From an uncultured virus (IMG/VR IMGVR_UViG_3300032030_000025) (Duplodnaviria; Heunggongvirae; Uroviricota; Caudoviricetes): a stretch of 64,000 bases of DNA. Below are positions 61,106 through 64,000 of the stretch, one piece after another; position 1 is the first letter of the stretch, and each line of letters opens with the position of its first letter. Position numbers and translations under genes: made by a program. The notes below the pieces were generated by a model. It made no database searches. It saw nothing but the letters and a program-made list of their open reading frames with translations, and had not been told where the DNA came from. The stretch covers positions 1 through 64,000 of the IMG/VR virus record IMGVR_UViG_3300032030_000025. One strand, 5' to 3'.

Positions 61106-61635
61106 AATGTGATTTGTATATACCTTACTACGGTTACGATGACAACAAGTTTGATATGAATGATTTCTATTCTGAAAACAATTCATACATAGATGCGTTA
61201 AGGAAATATGCTACGCAAGATTCAGAAGAAATGCAGTACGAATTGGAAAAGAACGAAACGAAATATGCAAAGTGCAAATGCACGTTGTATGATGAGGACA
61301 ATAACCCTATGACAATTGACAAGTTGTTGGGATATTATGGTAAGAATGAATTGATTATGATGATTCTTGAGATAGACTTGTCAAGTGCTGAAGAGGAATT
61401 TGAAGGTGAATTAAATGGTTGGGTCAATGACCATTATAGGCTTGATTCAAAGTTTGAGAGATGTGATAATGATAGGTTCTTGGTTGAACCGAAGAGGGAC
61501 TTGAAGATTGTGTTCAAGAACTTAAAGGGTAATGACACGTATTGCACACTTGCAAACACTATGATGTTTGAAAAGGGTGATGCAGAGCATTACTTCATAA
61601 TAGTTGATAAAGTAATTTTTACAAAAAGTTTTTAA
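61102..61635 (+). CDS. Hypothetical protein
   Basis: ATGA-coupled ORF. Confidence 0.7.
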   Translation: MKCDLYIPYYGYDDNKFDMNDFYSENNSYIDALRKYATQDSEEMQYELEKNETKYAKCKCTLYDEDNNPMTIDKLLGYYGKNELIMMILEIDLSSAEEEFEGELNGWVNDHYRLDSKFERCDNDRFLVEPKRDLKIVFKNLKGNDTYCTLANTMMFEKGDAEHYFIIVDKVIFTKSF

Positions 61636-61644
61636 TTATAGATT

Positions 61645-62883
61645 ATGGCAAAGAAAAATCTAACAGAAGACCAATTAAAGGAGATTAATATCCTTAAAGC
61701 AAATGCCGCTATGCTTCAAAAGACAAAGAAGGAAGCACAAGAGAGAGGAAGCGAAAGCAAGGTTATTGAGCTAATAGATAATGCGACACAAGATGTGTTC
61801 AGCCAAATGAGCCTTATTGACGAAGAGGCTTCAAAACAAGCGCAAGAAATGTCAGAACATCAGAAGGATGTTGTTGATGACTTCCAAGTCAATATAGGAA
61901 AGGATAAGTCAGTGTTTGATGCGCTTAACGAGCTTAATAACGGTGAAAGCAAGGAGAACGAGGAAACAAAGAAGCTGTTCTCACAAACTAACGTCAGCAA
62001 TGTGCAATATGACGTTATTTCCCTTCCAAGCAACGGTGAGGGATACAAGAGCAAGATTTCAAGATTACCAGTAGCATATTTGACAGCATATGATGAAAAC
62101 CTTATCACTTCACCAAGCCTTTATAGGGACGGTCTTGTTATTGACTGTTTGCTTAGAAGCAAGATTGTAAACAAGGATATTGACCCAGATGAATTGCTGA
62201 GCGGTGATGTTGATGCAATAGTACTCTTCTTGAGAGCAACAAGCTACGGTGTTGAATTCCCAATTACAGTAAGAGACCCAGAAAGCGGTGAGAGAATTGA
62301 AAGCGTTGTTGACTTGTCAACCCTTAAGCCAAAGGAATTCAAGTTGAAGGGTGATGAAAACGGTCATTTCGAATATGTTTTGCCATTGGCAAAGGATACA
62401 GTAAAATTCAAGTATTTGACAAGAAGGGATGAAAAGAACCTTGAACTTATCTCAAAGATTGAGACAAAGGAATCAAATGCTACACTTCTTGCAAGGGATA
62501 TTTTCGAGATTAGAAGGATGGTAGAGAAATATGAAGACGAATTGACAACAAAGGAAAAGACAGCATTTACAGAACTATTGGATAAGGCAGACGAGTTCAG
62601 AAAGAAACTCAAGTCAAACGATTCTGTAGGATATAACAAGATTATCACCAACAGAATGGAGATGAATATCGTTTCAATCAATGGAAACAGCGATAGAAAA
62701 TATATCCACGAATATGTAAACAATATGAGGGCAAAGGATTCTTTGGAATTGAGGAAATATATCAATGAAAATGAACCTGGAATTGATTTTAATATCAAGG
62801 TCACAAGACCAGAGAGTCTAGGGGGAGGCTCTTTCGACACCTTTCTTGAATGGAACGATTCTGTTTTCCTCAATATCGCCTGA
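61645..62883 (+). CDS. Baseplate hub / tail assembly chaperone (gp26-like)
   Basis: ISLPSNG..Y, LTAYDENLI, LLSGDVDAIVLFLRATSYG, PGIDF; lies upstream of the tape measure gene. Confidence 0.6.
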   Translation: MAKKNLTEDQLKEINILKANAAMLQKTKKEAQERGSESKVIELIDNATQDVFSQMSLIDEEASKQAQEMSEHQKDVVDDFQVNIGKDKSVFDALNELNNGESKENEETKKLFSQTNVSNVQYDVISLPSNGEGYKSKISRLPVAYLTAYDENLITSPSLYRDGLVIDCLLRSKIVNKDIDPDELLSGDVDAIVLFLRATSYGVEFPITVRDPESGERIESVVDLSTLKPKEFKLKGDENGHFEYVLPLAKDTVKFKYLTRRDEKNLELISKIETKESNATLLARDIFEIRRMVEKYEDELTTKEKTAFTELLDKADEFRKKLKSNDSVGYNKIITNRMEMNIVSINGNSDRKYIHEYVNNMRAKDSLELRKYINENEPGIDFNIKVTRPESLGGGSFDTFLEWNDSVFLNIA

Positions 62884-63124
62884 TTACGAGAGGAACCTTA
62901 AGGAGGAACTGTTCGGTTGTTTCGAGCATATGGGGATACCGTTCAATGTATTGAATGAAATGCCAGTTAGAGATAGAAAATTCTATATAATGAGGCATAA
63001 TATGAAGGTAGAGGAAGAGAATGCAATGAGAAACGGAAACAATTCAACCAATATGGGTGACGCATTGAACAGCTTCGCTAGCTTGGAACAGCAAAATATA
63101 CTTAATGCTAAAAAAAGAGGGTAA
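62846..63124 (+). CDS. Small tail assembly chaperone-like ORF; start uncertain, possibly frameshift-fused
   Basis: LNEMPVRDRKFYI motif; overlaps the upstream gene in the +1 frame. Confidence 0.55.
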   Translation: MNGTILFSSISPDYERNLKEELFGCFEHMGIPFNVLNEMPVRDRKFYIMRHNMKVEEENAMRNGNNSTNMGDALNSFASLEQQNILNAKKRG

Positions 63125-63198
63125 TGTTTATCCTCTTTTTTTTTATAAAATTTTATGAAATATCTATTTATAAATGAATAGAAAAAAAGAATTAGAAT

Positions 63199-64000
63199 AT
63201 GCCAGCTTGGTTATTAGGTTTATTGAGTAAAATTCCAGCGGGTGCGTTGGATAAACTACTATCATTAGCTAAACTTCTCAAGGGAGGCGTTGGTGGTATA
63301 TTTGGTGGTTTATCAGACTTGTATGGTTATCTTGAGGGGCTTGCCAAGGAGTGGGGAGAATTTGATGATGCTGCAAAGAAGACAGCTCGTTCAATGGGTC
63401 TTACTCGTGAGCAAGCAGAACAGTTTAGGGGCAGCATAATTGATGCCCAAATAGAACTTGGTAGGCTGTACAATACATCTGAAAAGGAGATTACTGATTT
63501 TACCGAAGCTGTTTCAAAAGGCTACGGTAGAGTAATGCTGTTGAGCAAGCAAGCTCGTGAGGACTTTGCAGCCATCAAGATGCTTGTTGAGACTACGGCC
63601 ATTCAAGAAATGGTCAAGAATATGGATGCGTTCGGTGCTTCGGTTGAAACATCGCTTGCATACATGTCCTTAACAAGGGAACAAGCCAAGAAGTTGGGTT
63701 TGAATGCGGCTGAAGCTGCTGACAAGCTTAGCAAAAACGTTAATGCACTTTCCAAATTCGGCTTCAAGGAAGGCATATCTGACATTCAACAGATGACCTT
63801 GTGGTCACAGAGGCTTAAGGTCAATTTCGAGTCAATAGCTGCCGCAACAAAGAACTTCAACACAATTCAAGGCGCAATTGAGAACAGTGCAAAGATTCAG
63901 ATGCTTGGTGGCGAGATGTCATTCAACTATATGAATCCTATGGAGGTGATGGCAGAGGCAATGTCTGATACCAAGTCGTTTGGTGAACGCATTGCTGACA
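63199..64000 (+). CDS. Tape measure protein, 5' part (truncated by window; absent from the ORF track)
   Basis: Open frame from ATG 63199 (MPAWLLGLLSKIPAGALDKLLSLAK...) to the window end; Ala/Gly-rich and helical; follows the chaperone genes; TATTTATA at 63165. Confidence 0.75.
   Translation, partial: MPAWLLGLLSKIPAGALDKLLSLAKLLKGGVGGIFGGLSDLYGYLEGLAKEWGEFDDAAKKTARSMGLTREQAEQFRGSIIDAQIELGRLYNTSEKEITDFTEAVSKGYGRVMLLSKQAREDFAAIKMLVETTAIQEMVKNMDAFGASVETSLAYMSLTREQAKKLGLNAAEAADKLSKNVNALSKFGFKEGISDIQQMTLWSQRLKVNFESIAAATKNFNTIQGAIENSAKIQMLGGEMSFNYMNPMEVMAEAMSDTKSFGERIAD

Noticed and set aside
143..63785. Numerous short antisense/overlapping ORFs in the ORF track
   Set aside because: They are shadows of longer genes on the opposite strand or frame, with no motifs or initiation context.
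1..64000. Stop-codon reassignment (TAG to Gln, as in Lak and some crAss-like phages)
   Set aside because: Long genes are uninterrupted in code 11, and metK ends at a TAG embedded in a terminator-like hairpin.
1..64000. tRNA or rRNA genes
   Set aside because: No cloverleaf with T-loop GTTCRA and acceptor stem was found in the short intergenic spaces.

Overview
This is an AT-rich, densely coded segment of a large contractile-tailed (jumbo-type) phage genome that reads normally in genetic code 11. The host is probably Bacteroidota: there are TAnnTTTG promoters, and translation starts are A-rich with no Shine-Dalgarno. The window holds a nucleotide/SAM metabolism block (divergent MetK, IMPDH/GMPR-like, dUTPase, HD-like), several glycosyltransferases, a gp55-like late sigma factor and an SNF2-like helicase carrying a class 3 intein. 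Virion genes include baseplate spike, fibre-like proteins, neck/terminator, two paralogous tail sheaths, hub/chaperone genes and the start of the tape measure gene. Four observations stand out. (1) At least six unrelated small proteins share an N-terminal leader MKxxIRLTExDLHRIVKxSVxRILxE, and weaker variants sit on two kinase-like proteins, a WYL protein, a WG-repeat protein and an ART-like protein. These genes mostly lie behind a TATTTAT late-promoter-like motif, which suggests a modular capsid-packaging and injection tag. (2) A two-state structured 5' leader (three-way junction versus an 11-bp stem that buries the AUG) precedes the late sigma gene. (3) An orphan TnpB 3' end/omegaRNA remnant lies right after that sigma gene. 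(4) Fibre-like proteins share N-terminal LQ[FL] and C-terminal DxG[TS][YW] motifs. All family assignments come from motifs recognised by eye; no database searches were run.
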